A stretch of DNA of 63,710 nucleotides, counting the filler, from Asterionella formosa (Eukaryota), in NCBI GenBank assembly GCA_002256025.1. It is 22 parts of 22 records of this genome, joined end to end, with 100 filler letters (N's around TTAATTAATTAA, not from the genome) between each part and the next. Parts side by side here need not be neighbours in the genome. Positions count along the whole stretch, not along the records: positions 24,247 to 25,425 come from NKIB01003862.1; positions 25,526 to 26,704 come from NKIB01003863.1; positions 26,805 to 27,983 come from NKIB01003864.1; positions 28,084 to 29,261 come from NKIB01003865.1; positions 29,362 to 30,539 come from NKIB01003866.1; positions 30,640 to 49,661 come from NKIB01003867.1; 16 more parts are not named here. One strand, 5' to 3'. The notes beneath the pieces were generated by a model. That model did not search any database and had not been told where the DNA came from. It was given only the letters and a program-made list of their open reading frames with translations. Of the stretch, positions 24,430-34,842 are shown one piece after another (position 1 is the stretch's first letter; each line of letters begins with the position of its first letter). The position numbers were made by a program, and so were the translations under genes.

Positions 24430-24984
24430 TCATGTGACCTGCTCGACCACCTTGAGTACGAGGATTCTGGAAACAATTGATGTTAATATATCCTTAGAAG
24501 TAAAACAGGAAACCGGAATTGGGCCCTGATATGTATATTGAACATCATGTCCATCAATACAGTTATATATATCCCGCGTAACATTAACCGCGGCATCCAT
24601 AGTGTATTCAACCTGTAAATAAACAATATTATTCAGGTGATGACTAACGTGAGATATACTCAACGAGTCATTATAAATAGCATCGCTATTATCGCACATA
24701 CCTCTGTAATGGCGATCAGCAATCTGCTGTTGTATAGTAGGGACAAAAGTCACTATCTGGCCAGCAGGAGGGTTCGTGACCACTGAAATTTCCTGGGCAG
24801 ATGTATTCTCGGTAGGATCGGCACGTGGCACGGTACCCCAACCGGATGGACGAGTATTATGACTCCATGTATTTAACATACGAGCATGTGGAACAGGCAC
24901 AGGATTCCGAACAGGAACAAGGTTAGTAGTGTTAGTAATGTTAACTCCATGAACCTTATGTTTGACCGTTGTTTCATATCCCAT
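24430..24984 (-). CDS. Hypothetical ORF with an internally repeated segment, probably decayed
   Basis: 184-aa ORF. EISVVTNPPAGQIV...MCDNS recurs beyond the stop as DILVVMNPPVGQLV...MCDNS. Confidence 0.3.
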   Translation of the reverse strand: MGYETTVKHKVHGVNITNTTNLVPVRNPVPVPHARMLNTWSHNTRPSGWGTVPRADPTENTSAQEISVVTNPPAGQIVTFVPTIQQQIADRHYRGMCDNSDAIYNDSLSISHVSHHLNNIVYLQVEYTMDAAVNVTRDIYNCIDGHDVQYTYQGPIPVSCFTSKDILTSIVSRILVLKVVEQVT

Positions 24985-25525
24985 GCGTGGTCGGTTAAGT
25001 TTTTTTTTGTTGTTTCATATCCCATGCGTGGTCGGTTGCATTAAAATGCATGTGCCCTGCCATTTCCACTGAGTACAAAATTATCATGTACAAATTTACG
25101 CTTGAAATGGTGGTTGTACTCTTGATACATCACAGGACTGTATTTAGCAATGCGAAGACGATCTTTTGTTAAAATTGACACCAGTCACGCTTATTTTCTT
25201 GATGCGTCATGGAATTGTCTTCAACTTCAACTATTTATTTACGATTTTGTGTTAGAAAATTGACACCAGGCACGCGCGTTCTCTCGAAATAACACGATTG
25301 CCTTCAGCGATGCGAAGTCGATTTTGGCTTATGGTAGAACTCATGCTTGAGGATGTGCTTGAGTTGATCTTTGAATGATAGTTGACTCTCGAAGTAAGTC
25401 AAAACCAAGCGAATCAATTTTTTTTNNNNNNNNNNNNNNNNNNNNNNNNNNNNNNNNNNNNNNNNNNNNTTAATTAATTAANNNNNNNNNNNNNNNNNNN
25501 NNNNNNNNNNNNNNNNNNNNNNNNN

Positions 25526-25685
25526 GATCGTAAAACTAAAAACCAATGGAATACCAAATATTCAGGACTGTTGCTACTACCGTGGGACAATAAATCATCA
25601 TAGTTCTAGGATTGTATGATCGTAAAACTAAAAACCAATAGTCGGAGTAATAAGCGAGCAACAGAACACCATATGTTCTGGCATA
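25526..25685 (-). repeat. Inverted copy of the ~91-97 bp satellite at 59982-60335
   Basis: Reverse complement of 59982-60145, with few differences. Confidence 0.9.
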
Positions 25686-25726
25686 CCTACCCGGTAGTTA
25701 TCATGATATTGCTTTTATGAATTTAA

Positions 25727-26704
25727 GGTTCCTGCATTTGAACCCCTAGGCAAAAATTAAAATATTGCTTAGGGTTGCCGAAATTCCCTGGAACTAAGAA
25801 CTTTTATATGCTAATTTGAATATCAATGATTCCGTTTGAAAAATTCAAATGAGTGGAAATTTGCGCGTACGTATATAGATTCCATTTCAAATGCATAAAA
25901 TATGTAAAGATAGATTCTTCATCGATGAATGTTTTATATTGCTACTCTACCGATAGTATACCTACTCGTATCATAAATATGTGTCACATGCACGACCCGG
26001 CGGCTGCAAAATATATTTGAATGTGCAAACTATCGGTACTAAGGTACTGGTTAGCGTGCACTACCATTTACTATGACGAATGATGATCAGTTACCTGGAA
26101 CCGGTAGGTCTACCCGGTACTCGGTATTCCTACTCCGTACGGATTCCGGTATACGGGTAAACCTACCCGGTACTCGATATTCCTACTCCGTACGGATACC
26201 GGTATACGGGTAGGATCGGCCAACACCCAAGAAAATGCTTCATGTGTATCCAGTGTGGCCGGCGTGGGATTGCACGACCTCGCAAACCGTGCCAATCGAA
26301 CGGATGTAAGGATAACCAATAAGAATATGATTATTACAGCGGGCAATTACATTGGAACTTTTTGTACGCGAGATTTCACGACTACAAATTTTAGCACAAG
26401 ACTACCATTCCGATGATGACGTTTCGGCGATTAGTGATTCTGATTCCGACGTTTGGGTGACCGTTGAAAAGGCCGATATTGTCGAATTTTTGGACGACGA
26501 TAGCTCAACGTTGGCAGGGTTTGAAGAAGAGTTAAGTACATAGGTAATCTTCATATAGCCCCAGAAGTTAACTTTCGGCGAGAAACTGCAGAAAGGAACT
26601 TCGGTTTTTTTACTAGGCCAAATAAACGAGTTAGCCCGGTAAAATCCACTATTTTCAGCATAGTTAAAAAACCGAAGTTCCTTTCTGCAGTTTCTCGCCA
26701 GATC
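25727..26704. mobile_element. Left part of the TTAA-flanked TIR element, containing a 53-bp tandem and a 38-bp hairpin
   Basis: TTAA followed by ggttcctgcatttgaacccctag. Body shared with 11180-11650. Confidence 0.7.
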
Positions 26705-26804
26705 NNNNNNNNNNNNNNNNNNNNNNNNNNNNNNNNNNNNNNNNNNNNTTAATTAATTAANNNNNNNNNNNNNNNNNNNNNNNNNNNNNNNNNNNNNNNN
26801 NNNN

Positions 26805-27022
26805 TTCTAATCAGAATCATTCTATAACTATAGCTATGTGGACAGTAGTCTGTTACGCACATTTTCGTATCTCCTTCTATGCTGAATCGAAATAGTAGAT
26901 GTAGTATCATGTGAGAATTGAAAATTTCAACGAGAATAAGTACCGGTAGAATGTGTCTGTTTACGGGTTGATTGGCGAGATTGTCATGCTGAAGTGGACG
27001 AAACGGATATACTTTGTGCGCA
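26805..27022 (+). repeat. Dispersed repeat, second copy at 28727-28943
   Basis: ttctaatcagaatcattctataactatagctatgtggacag...ggatatactttgtgcgc is near-identical in two contigs. Confidence 0.9.
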
Positions 27023-27409
27023 AAATCGGAAGTTGGTAGGGTTTATAATGTCGTTTATTTCTCCGTTCTGAATGATTGGACCATTAATAGCAGCAGCATC
27101 ATGATCTACTAAACTATCAAGGAATAAACCATTGTCATAGTCATCGGCATCAAAACAAACTGTTTGAACGAAATCAATGGCTGCTGGCGATTGTTTCAGG
27201 AATTTTGCAAGGGGGTCTTGAGAGTGGTGTCGTCCATCTCTTGGAGAAGTCGCTACCGTTGATGATGTCTGCGATGCTTGAATCTGAGATTGAATCATAT
27301 ATTGTTGCCCACACGAGGGGCTGTGTCTGTGATGACCACGAATTGATTTAAAAGGACCTTTACCGCAGAATTTACATTTGTCCTCGTCGTTATTGTCACA
27401 CAGATCCAT
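26984..27409 (-). CDS. Short ORF with an N-terminal CxxC...H...C zinc-finger-like motif, probably transposon-derived
   Basis: MDLCDNNDEDKCKFCGKGPFKSIRGHHRHSPSC. The ORF is terminated by a dispersed repeat. Confidence 0.4.
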   Translation of the reverse strand: MDLCDNNDEDKCKFCGKGPFKSIRGHHRHSPSCGQQYMIQSQIQASQTSSTVATSPRDGRHHSQDPLAKFLKQSPAAIDFVQTVCFDADDYDNGLFLDSLVDHDAAAINGPIIQNGEINDIINPTNFRFCAQSISVSSTSA

Positions 27410-29604
27410 GATATTTACTGTCGTTGCAGTGCTGTGTTGGCGAGAGAAAAATAAGAATAACAGGTAGCTAAAATAATGGACCTTGTTCGGCACATATTTG
27501 GCAAACAATACTACCTGGTACCATCCTCATCAGTAGACATAATTCCACCAGTGTTGATTTTGATTAATAATAATCACGTAAAAAAATTGGGTTGCCTACC
27601 ACTGGCTAGTAGTACATTTACCTAGTACCGGTAAAAACCTACATAACATGAAAACTGGGAAGAGGGAGCTTTTTTACCGGTAAGTGTGAGTTCTTCATGT
27701 GATGTGTACAACCGTAAAACTTTGATCTCAGATGGATGACATTAGACACCACAAATAACCTTACTATTTCATTAAGTAAAATGCGTGTTGCGAATGTATT
27801 AGCCTCAAGAGCAGGATCTTAGTTGAACTTTCAAATGAATTATTTGAAACATCAACTAATTCAGTCTCGCGTTCAAAATTCATTGTGAAAACTTCACATG
27901 AAACAGTTAAAACTTCACATGAAACCGTTAAAACTTCACATGAAACCGTTAAAAGTAACCTTTTTACGTGAAGAGTGGCATTANNNNNNNNNNNNNNNNN
28001 NNNNNNNNNNNNNNNNNNNNNNNNNNNTTAATTAATTAANNNNNNNNNNNNNNNNNNNNNNNNNNNNNNNNNNNNNNNNNNNNTGTAACCTTATCATGAT
28101 ATCACAGTATCATCTTATCAATCATGATGAGATGATTGGGAAGCAACTGTATTCTGCATCGTGCTACAGGGTATATTATTATATCACGCAATTTAGTAGC
28201 GAAGTCACTCTGCCTGTAATGTACTAAAGTCGACAGTGCACATACCGGGTACCGGTACTCAAACGCTAATCAGGTTTGAGGCAACGGACAGTGGTTCGAA
28301 CGAGCGAATGATGATACCACGAGTACCAATTTTTCCAACGAAAGAACTTGTCTCTCTATTGATGAGGATGACACGGACACCGACTTTTCCAGGAGCAAAC
28401 GACAATGAAGAGACCCACTTGTCGCTCTATTGATGGTAACAAAGATGCGGACAAGCAAGTTCAACAGTGAATACAAGAACAACATACCATTGAAAACAAG
28501 TCAACAGTGTGTGCACGCACACGCCAAGCAAGTTTGAGGCAACGGACAATTCCAACAAGCAAATGACGATACAGATATCAAATTCTTCCTACGAGCAAAC
28601 AACAATGAAAAGAGCCACTTGCTTTCGCTCTCTTGATGGTATCAAAGATGCGGACAAGTTCAATACTTAATTCAAGTACAGTATACCAAATGCAGAAACG
28701 AGCGAGCGATATGAAAATGAAATGCGTTCTAATCAGAATCATTCTATAACTATAGCTATGTGGACAGCAGTCTGTTACGCACATTTTCGTATCTCCTTCT
28801 ATGCTGAATCTCAATAGTAGATGTAGTATTATGTGAGAATTGAAAATGTCAACGAGAACAAGTACCGGTAGAATGTGTTTGTTTACGGGTTGATTGGCGA
28901 GACTGTCATGCTGAAGTGGACGAAACGGATATACTTTGTGCGCTGTGTGCGGAAACATTACGAGTTCGAATGGTTCCTTCTCTCCTGTAAACTCTTAATT
29001 GAATGATCATGAACAAAGGTTCACTGCACATGACGATTACTCGAAGGTATAAAGATCACTTGACCAACAAATTGAAGACGTTATCGCAAACATTCATTAG
29101 TTAAAAGGGAAATATTCAATTAGTAAATCAACACCAGTTGCACTACAATTGGTATAAAACATTGTCAAGATGTTAAGACAGGCTAGAATTGACTTCTTGA
29201 GGCATCTACAATTCAATTGGCGTCATCAACACCAATTGAATTGGCATTGACATGAATTTAANNNNNNNNNNNNNNNNNNNNNNNNNNNNNNNNNNNNNNN
29301 NNNNNTTAATTAATTAANNNNNNNNNNNNNNNNNNNNNNNNNNNNNNNNNNNNNNNNNNNNTAACGGGTGCCATGTATAGTAGAATAGATTACTACTTTT
29401 ACTTTCAAACGGTTCAATGGCGTAGCTGCTCCAAGTAGAACAGATAGCTCAAACAATGCTTGTATTTTTGCATTGGACGTGACCAAGTGAGCTTATTCAC
29501 CGTCTACACTGTGCTTCAATAGTATGATGTAGCGAGTCGACGTCATCCCTCACAATAGCACAGGCTTGGCACAGGGTAGATTGGTCCTGCCGATGGTAAA
29601 AAAA

Positions 29605-30539
29605 CTAACAAGCTACTCGCATCCGACTTGAGATATTGCGCAAAACGGTGATCAATGCGGCCCAGCTAGTCTGGTCCTCGTCTTTTGGAAGCGGCTTGGA
29701 GTACCCACCGAGCAACTTCCAGTCTTTTGGCCATTCCTTGATCACTATTTCCTTCAGTTCAGCATCAGTTATGCTGGGACGGTCCAGCAATTCTTGCCTA
29801 ACGTGAAACAGTGCCTTCGCTTCCGAGTACTCGACATAATGAAATGATATAGTCTCCTTAGAACAACAATGTTCGCCTGCCGGCACAATTGCATAGGAAT
29901 CATCGAAGCCCGCAATATCTTTTAGGTTGTCGTGCTTGTTGATATACCATTCATCCACTTTACCAGCAACCGTACCGACTAACCCAAATGCATGAAATCT
30001 GTGGCTACCTTTGTCTCGAGTATCTACTGTGTTGACGCCCATTTCTTTTGCCAGACACGTCGCCGTCACCAAACCAGGATTTCCCTGAAGCCAATTGCTC
30101 TTTCCATTACTCTTGGCCAAGCATTCAGCATTTCCTTCGTCCCATTTTTGAACGAGACCTTGCATGGTCATTCTCGACAAAAAGTACCCGGCAGCTCCGG
30201 AGTTGAAGGCATCGTTTTCATTTTTCAATGCGTGACCTTCGTACATGTGCTGGTCGGGAGACTTGTCGTGAAGGTACGAGCACACGTGGTCTGAAATGAC
30301 ATATGTATGGTCGTTGACGAAAAACGCAAAGTCAGGATTCACTTGTTGAAAGACGGTTCGAATGACGTGGTTCATTCGATTCAAGCCATCGTGAACAGAG
30401 ATTTCTGGAGGAACCAAGAGAGTTTGAGGAAATGTTTGAACGTTGAGCGCCAAGTGCGGTGCCTGTTGGAATTCAGAAACATTGTGCAAAACAAAAATCG
30501 CATGAGACAACGGCCCCCAAGTCGAAGCGATGGTGTCCA
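29605..30539 (-). CDS. GT31 / core-1 beta-1,3-galactosyltransferase-like protein (5' truncated)
   Basis: FFVNDHTYVI, YEGH, FNSGAAGYFLSR, DTRD...RFH and CCSKETISFHYV follow the C1GALT1/Fringe motif order. Confidence 0.8.
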
Positions 30540-30684
30540 NNNNNNNNNNNNNNNNNNNNNNNNNNNNNNNNNNNNNNNNNNNNTTAATTAATTAANNNNN
30601 NNNNNNNNNNNNNNNNNNNNNNNNNNNNNNNNNNNNNNNATAATTATACTCCGACTTTCACGACTCCGTCAACAATATAGCAGC

Positions 30685-31884
30685 ATGGTGCTCTGGATCA
30701 TACCTACCGTGTCTGTATTAGTGATCGCCATCGGAGGCGGCCTGCTGGCTCGCCAGAGGAATGGGAAGGACTCGGCCCAGCCAACCATCATCAGCCGATC
30801 GTCCACCATTTACATCATTGGGGACCTTCATGGCGATGCCCAGTGCGCTTGGCATTGGATTGACAAGATTGGCGTTGTGGATGACGTGTGGAACCCCACC
30901 CGATGGATAGATGCCGACACTTCGCTAGTCTTCATGGGCGACTATGTTGACAAAGGCCCTCAATCCAAACAAGTTATTGATATTGTCAAGGCATTGACTG
31001 ACGCATTTCCAACAAAGGTGACGGCTTTGATGGGGAACCACGAGATGGAACTGCTGAAGGACCGAGATGCCACCCGACCCTATTTCTACTACCACATGCC
31101 ATATGCTGTCGTGCATCCTGGGGAATATTTAAACTACTTGGATAGGGAGATCGACGATGACGATGCCATTGTCAATGACCTATTAATGAAAGCGTCACTC
31201 GAAGTATACGGGAACAATTGGTATGGTGCAGTTAAATATGCACCGACTGTATCGAGGGGCCATTCAGTTGTGGAGTTGGTACACCCCGACTATCAACCAT
31301 TGGTGAGAGAACGTTTGACAGAATACCAACGAGCATATATCAACGCATATCGCAGCAACACTACACTTGGACAGTGGCTCATGGAGCGACCAATCGTACA
31401 TTGGCAGGATGGGATGTTGTTTGTTCATGGTGGTGTAAGCGCCACTGAAGCAGAATTTATAAATACAGCTGCAAAAGTGAAGGCATTGAATGCCGAGGTG
31501 AAAAAGAATGCAGGAGAAGATGACTTCCGACATTTCATGGAATCTACACCCATGGGGCAAGCGGCAGAGGAAATGATGATTTATCGTGGGAATCATGGCG
31601 ATTGTAGAACAACGAACAAAATCTTGGACACCATGGAATCCACTAGCAAATTGATTGTTGGCCATACACCAGGCAAGTCTGTCCGCATTGAATGTGATGG
31701 ACGCTTCCTGGCTGCTGATTCACTACTGGGGAGGTATATTAGAACATCTGGAAATCAATACTGTTCTGATCAAGGTGGAATTAGTGCCAATAGAGAATTT
31801 GTCTGTCCACCAATTGCAAAAGAATGCAAAGGCCAAATAGCCAAGATTTTGAATGGTCATGAAGTGGAATTGATTAAAGCATGA
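30685..31884 (+). CDS. Calcineurin-like metallophosphoesterase (Shewanella-like phosphatase type) with an N-terminal signal anchor
   Basis: GDLHGD, GDYVDKG, GNHE, FVHGG and VGHT motifs. Hydrophobic first ~22 residues. Confidence 0.9.
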   Translation: MVLWIIPTVSVLVIAIGGGLLARQRNGKDSAQPTIISRSSTIYIIGDLHGDAQCAWHWIDKIGVVDDVWNPTRWIDADTSLVFMGDYVDKGPQSKQVIDIVKALTDAFPTKVTALMGNHEMELLKDRDATRPYFYYHMPYAVVHPGEYLNYLDREIDDDDAIVNDLLMKASLEVYGNNWYGAVKYAPTVSRGHSVVELVHPDYQPLVRERLTEYQRAYINAYRSNTTLGQWLMERPIVHWQDGMLFVHGGVSATEAEFINTAAKVKALNAEVKKNAGEDDFRHFMESTPMGQAAEEMMIYRGNHGDCRTTNKILDTMESTSKLIVGHTPGKSVRIECDGRFLAADSLLGRYIRTSGNQYCSDQGGISANREFVCPPIAKECKGQIAKILNGHEVELIKA

Positions 31885-33109
31885 TGGCATTTGATGACAG
31901 TGCATCCCCAGGCTAACATGTGCTATAGCAATGATGAATGTGTAAAATAAGTCCAACTTATAACAACTTAATTTATATTACTTTAAATCTACTCTTGGCA
32001 TCCTAGTATCACAAGAATTTCCTTTGTTGACTAAATATCAAATATTATGATAAATAGGATAAGTAATTCAAGGTACCAAAAGTGCTGTTACTGTGGGTAG
32101 TAGTAATGTACTGTTTGAGTATGCCTACATTAATGATGAGATCACTGGTAAACAAGAAGGGGCTATTCAAGCCAAAATGAGTGTGAGTGGTGCAAAAGCT
32201 CCAGGGATACCAGAGTAGCTATTGTGGGATACCTCTCCAGGTACATTTCAAGAAATACTGGTGGAGTACTTCCTCGTGTGGGTAGGAGGGCTACAGTATT
32301 TGAGCTGCTTGATAATTCCAGTGATACCAAAAATGTCACATAAAGATCCAAGATCAGGGACTTGCTACATCTGCATTTGATGACATCAAAATTGAAGCAG
32401 AACTTGTTGAAGCTGTTTCTGCTATTATCCCTCTGATGTTACACTATAATTTATTTTGTCATCGTCAACTCAATCTTACACATTGCACCTGTAGAGTTTA
32501 TATATTGTATTCTAGTATGCCATTGAGTAAACTCTTGTTGATATGAAACTGTAGAATATACATATGGATTGGAGAGAGGAACATTTTGAATCGAATTCAG
32601 CCATACAACACCAGAAACAAACAAAACTGTCGCATGTGATGTTGAAAGCCTAAAAGTCAATTCCGTCATGAAACAAAGAAGTCCATGCCAATTCTATCTT
32701 TGCCTTCACAGGAGACTCTGGATGAATTTCAAGAATTTTCCCCACAGTTTTTTTCGGACGACGGATGGTCACCCGCGGTAGTACCAGTACGTACTGTACC
32801 GTGTGCACATTCCGTACCGGAATCGCATATACCGGTAGTCAATACGTGTTCAAACAGGTGTATGTATTACACATATTATATGATATACTGAATATATATA
32901 TTCTTGAAAGTGATCGACTTGTCATGATCGTGAACAAACGCCCCATTATGACCATCACTGCCCTCAGCCCTTCTTCGATCAACCTCCTTTGCAATAGTAA
33001 GCAACACCCATCTCGCTTTCACTGTGACACAACGCAATAAAATTTCTTCCCAGAAACAGAAAGCAAAAGTGTCCAAATCTAATAACGTCAATAAGGAAAC
33101 CAAGAGAAA

Positions 33110-33532
33110 ATGGCGCAAGTCAAATCTCATCATGAACAGCATCACTCCCCCATGTCCCCAAGGAACTCATCAAATCCTTACTTATTGATAGCTGTCAAGA
33201 TCCTTTTCGTCGTTGTGATACTACTCCTTTTGCCCAAATTCGTCGTTGGTACTAATGTACATCCCGGAGCGAAGCACCCACACCTGGCAAGACACAGAAT
33301 TTCCCTCAAGTCGAAAGAATGCACCAGGGTCCAGTGCGCAGAATGGTTGCTAGAAGAGAATATGAATTGTGTTAATCAGTGCGTGGATCAAGAATGCTAT
33401 ACAGAAGTTTATGGAGACCAACCATTAGAAGATGGGGAGATTGATGTTATACGAGCAAGGGATTTCGAAAGGTGTTTTACGAAGGTGATCCGGAGGGAAC
33501 GAATGAATGCTAGGAAGGAACTCACGCAATAA
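33110..33532 (+). CDS. Small Cys-rich secreted/anchored protein, DUF4787-like
   Basis: Hydrophobic segment, then C..C...NCVNQCVDQECYTEVYGDQPLEDGEID...FERC. Confidence 0.75.
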   Translation: MAQVKSHHEQHHSPMSPRNSSNPYLLIAVKILFVVVILLLLPKFVVGTNVHPGAKHPHLARHRISLKSKECTRVQCAEWLLEENMNCVNQCVDQECYTEVYGDQPLEDGEIDVIRARDFERCFTKVIRRERMNARKELTQ

Positions 33533-33573
33533 AAAAACTCCATAAGTAATAATATCTGCGATGACTACCGGTA

Positions 33574-34842
33574 TTATCCATTCATTTCTTCCAGCGTTAG
33601 TCCACCGTTTACTTCTGGTCGATGCATGCTGGTCAACTCAATTCCCCGTCGTGGTCCCGAGGACCAATCGTCCTCTTCCGACAAGCCACCACCACAATCA
33701 TCGTCTGAATAATTGCTCACCACCGATCGATCATCCGCACCAGCCGAATATTCATCATTGAAATTGTCAAAAAGCATTTCTTCGTACTGCGCCGCAACTG
33801 CTCGATATTCGCCCCGCAACGCACCTTCTCGACTCGCTGCGGCAGCCCGACACCGGCGATAACACAACAAAAAAAGTAGGACCATGGAGACGCCGTAGGC
33901 GACAGGGTGAGAATGAATGCCAGCCTTTACTTTGCAAGAGAGATAGTTGACACCTGTACAATGATGGACAATAATTATGTCGCCATCGTCGTCCCCCTCC
34001 GTAAGGGATGGAGATAAGTTGTTATCGACGTGACTCGAAGTATGGTTGTGTGGCAACGATTCTTTTGGTTTGAGTGTCGGTCTTGGGCGACCAGTAATGT
34101 CGTGATCTGGACCATTGATATCACGCAGGGTCATGGTCTCAGGTTCATCATTGATCGTACCTTCGCCCCCCTTGGTAACATTTTCCATTGGAATCAAGGG
34201 AAGAGTCCCAACCTCCGTGGGTGCCCCTTCCGCAAGGGGTTGCACTCCGCCGCCTTCCGTAGCATTACTTTTGGGCATTAATGTTCCATTCTGAGATTCT
34301 TGTTCCTTTTCAATAACATTACTATTGCTGTCTTCAATTGGTTCAGCAATGGTAGCATTTGGAAGTTCAACCTCGGTGAGGGCACTTGTCCCTGGCTGGG
34401 TTTGGGGGTGTTCTAACAATGGGGTATTGGCGCTCACAACTTCATTGTTTTGCCTCTTTGTATTCAATTGGGCCACATCGGTAACATCTAATGATGTCAC
34501 AGGAAAGGCAACATTGCCGCCATCGAAACTTCCGTTAGGCGTAGGTACCTGTAGTGCGCTGTTTGTATCTTGAGTCCTAGAAACAGGAGGACCTAGGCTG
34601 TTTCTTGTGGCATCTTGTGGTCGCTTTCGTAAATGCGACATTCTACTTAATTCCTGTAATGCACAACAATCTTTGACACCACAGTAACAACAAGAGAAAC
34701 AAAAGATGGAACAGTTCGCGACAGCACCAAGCAATTGCAGAATTGAACTTGAGCAATTACCGGTACCTACTGGTAGTGACGACAACTGATCCTGCAATGC
34801 ATGCATGGGGCTGCCGTTGATGGGTGCGGACAAGCAATGCAA
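33574..34842 (-). CDS. Single-pass membrane protein with a low-complexity ectodomain and acidic cytosolic tail (start uncertain)
   Basis: Long ORF with many N-x-S/T sequons, TM VAYGVSMVLLFLLCY followed by RRCR, and tail YRAV...DDWS...GGLTLEEMNG. Confidence 0.75.
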   Translation of the reverse strand: MHCLSAPINGSPMHALQDQLSSLPVGTGNCSSSILQLLGAVANCSIFCFSCCYCGVKDCCALQELSRMSHLRKRPQDATRNSLGPPVSRTQDTNSALQVPTPNGSFDGGNVAFPVTSLDVTDVAQLNTKRQNNEVVSANTPLLEHPQTQPGTSALTEVELPNATIAEPIEDSNSNVIEKEQESQNGTLMPKSNATEGGGVQPLAEGAPTEVGTLPLIPMENVTKGGEGTINDEPETMTLRDINGPDHDITGRPRPTLKPKESLPHNHTSSHVDNNLSPSLTEGDDDGDIIIVHHCTGVNYLSCKVKAGIHSHPVAYGVSMVLLFLLCYRRCRAAAASREGALRGEYRAVAAQYEEMLFDNFNDEYSAGADDRSVVSNYSDDDCGGGLSEEDDWSSGPRRGIELTSMHRPEVNGGLTLEEMNG

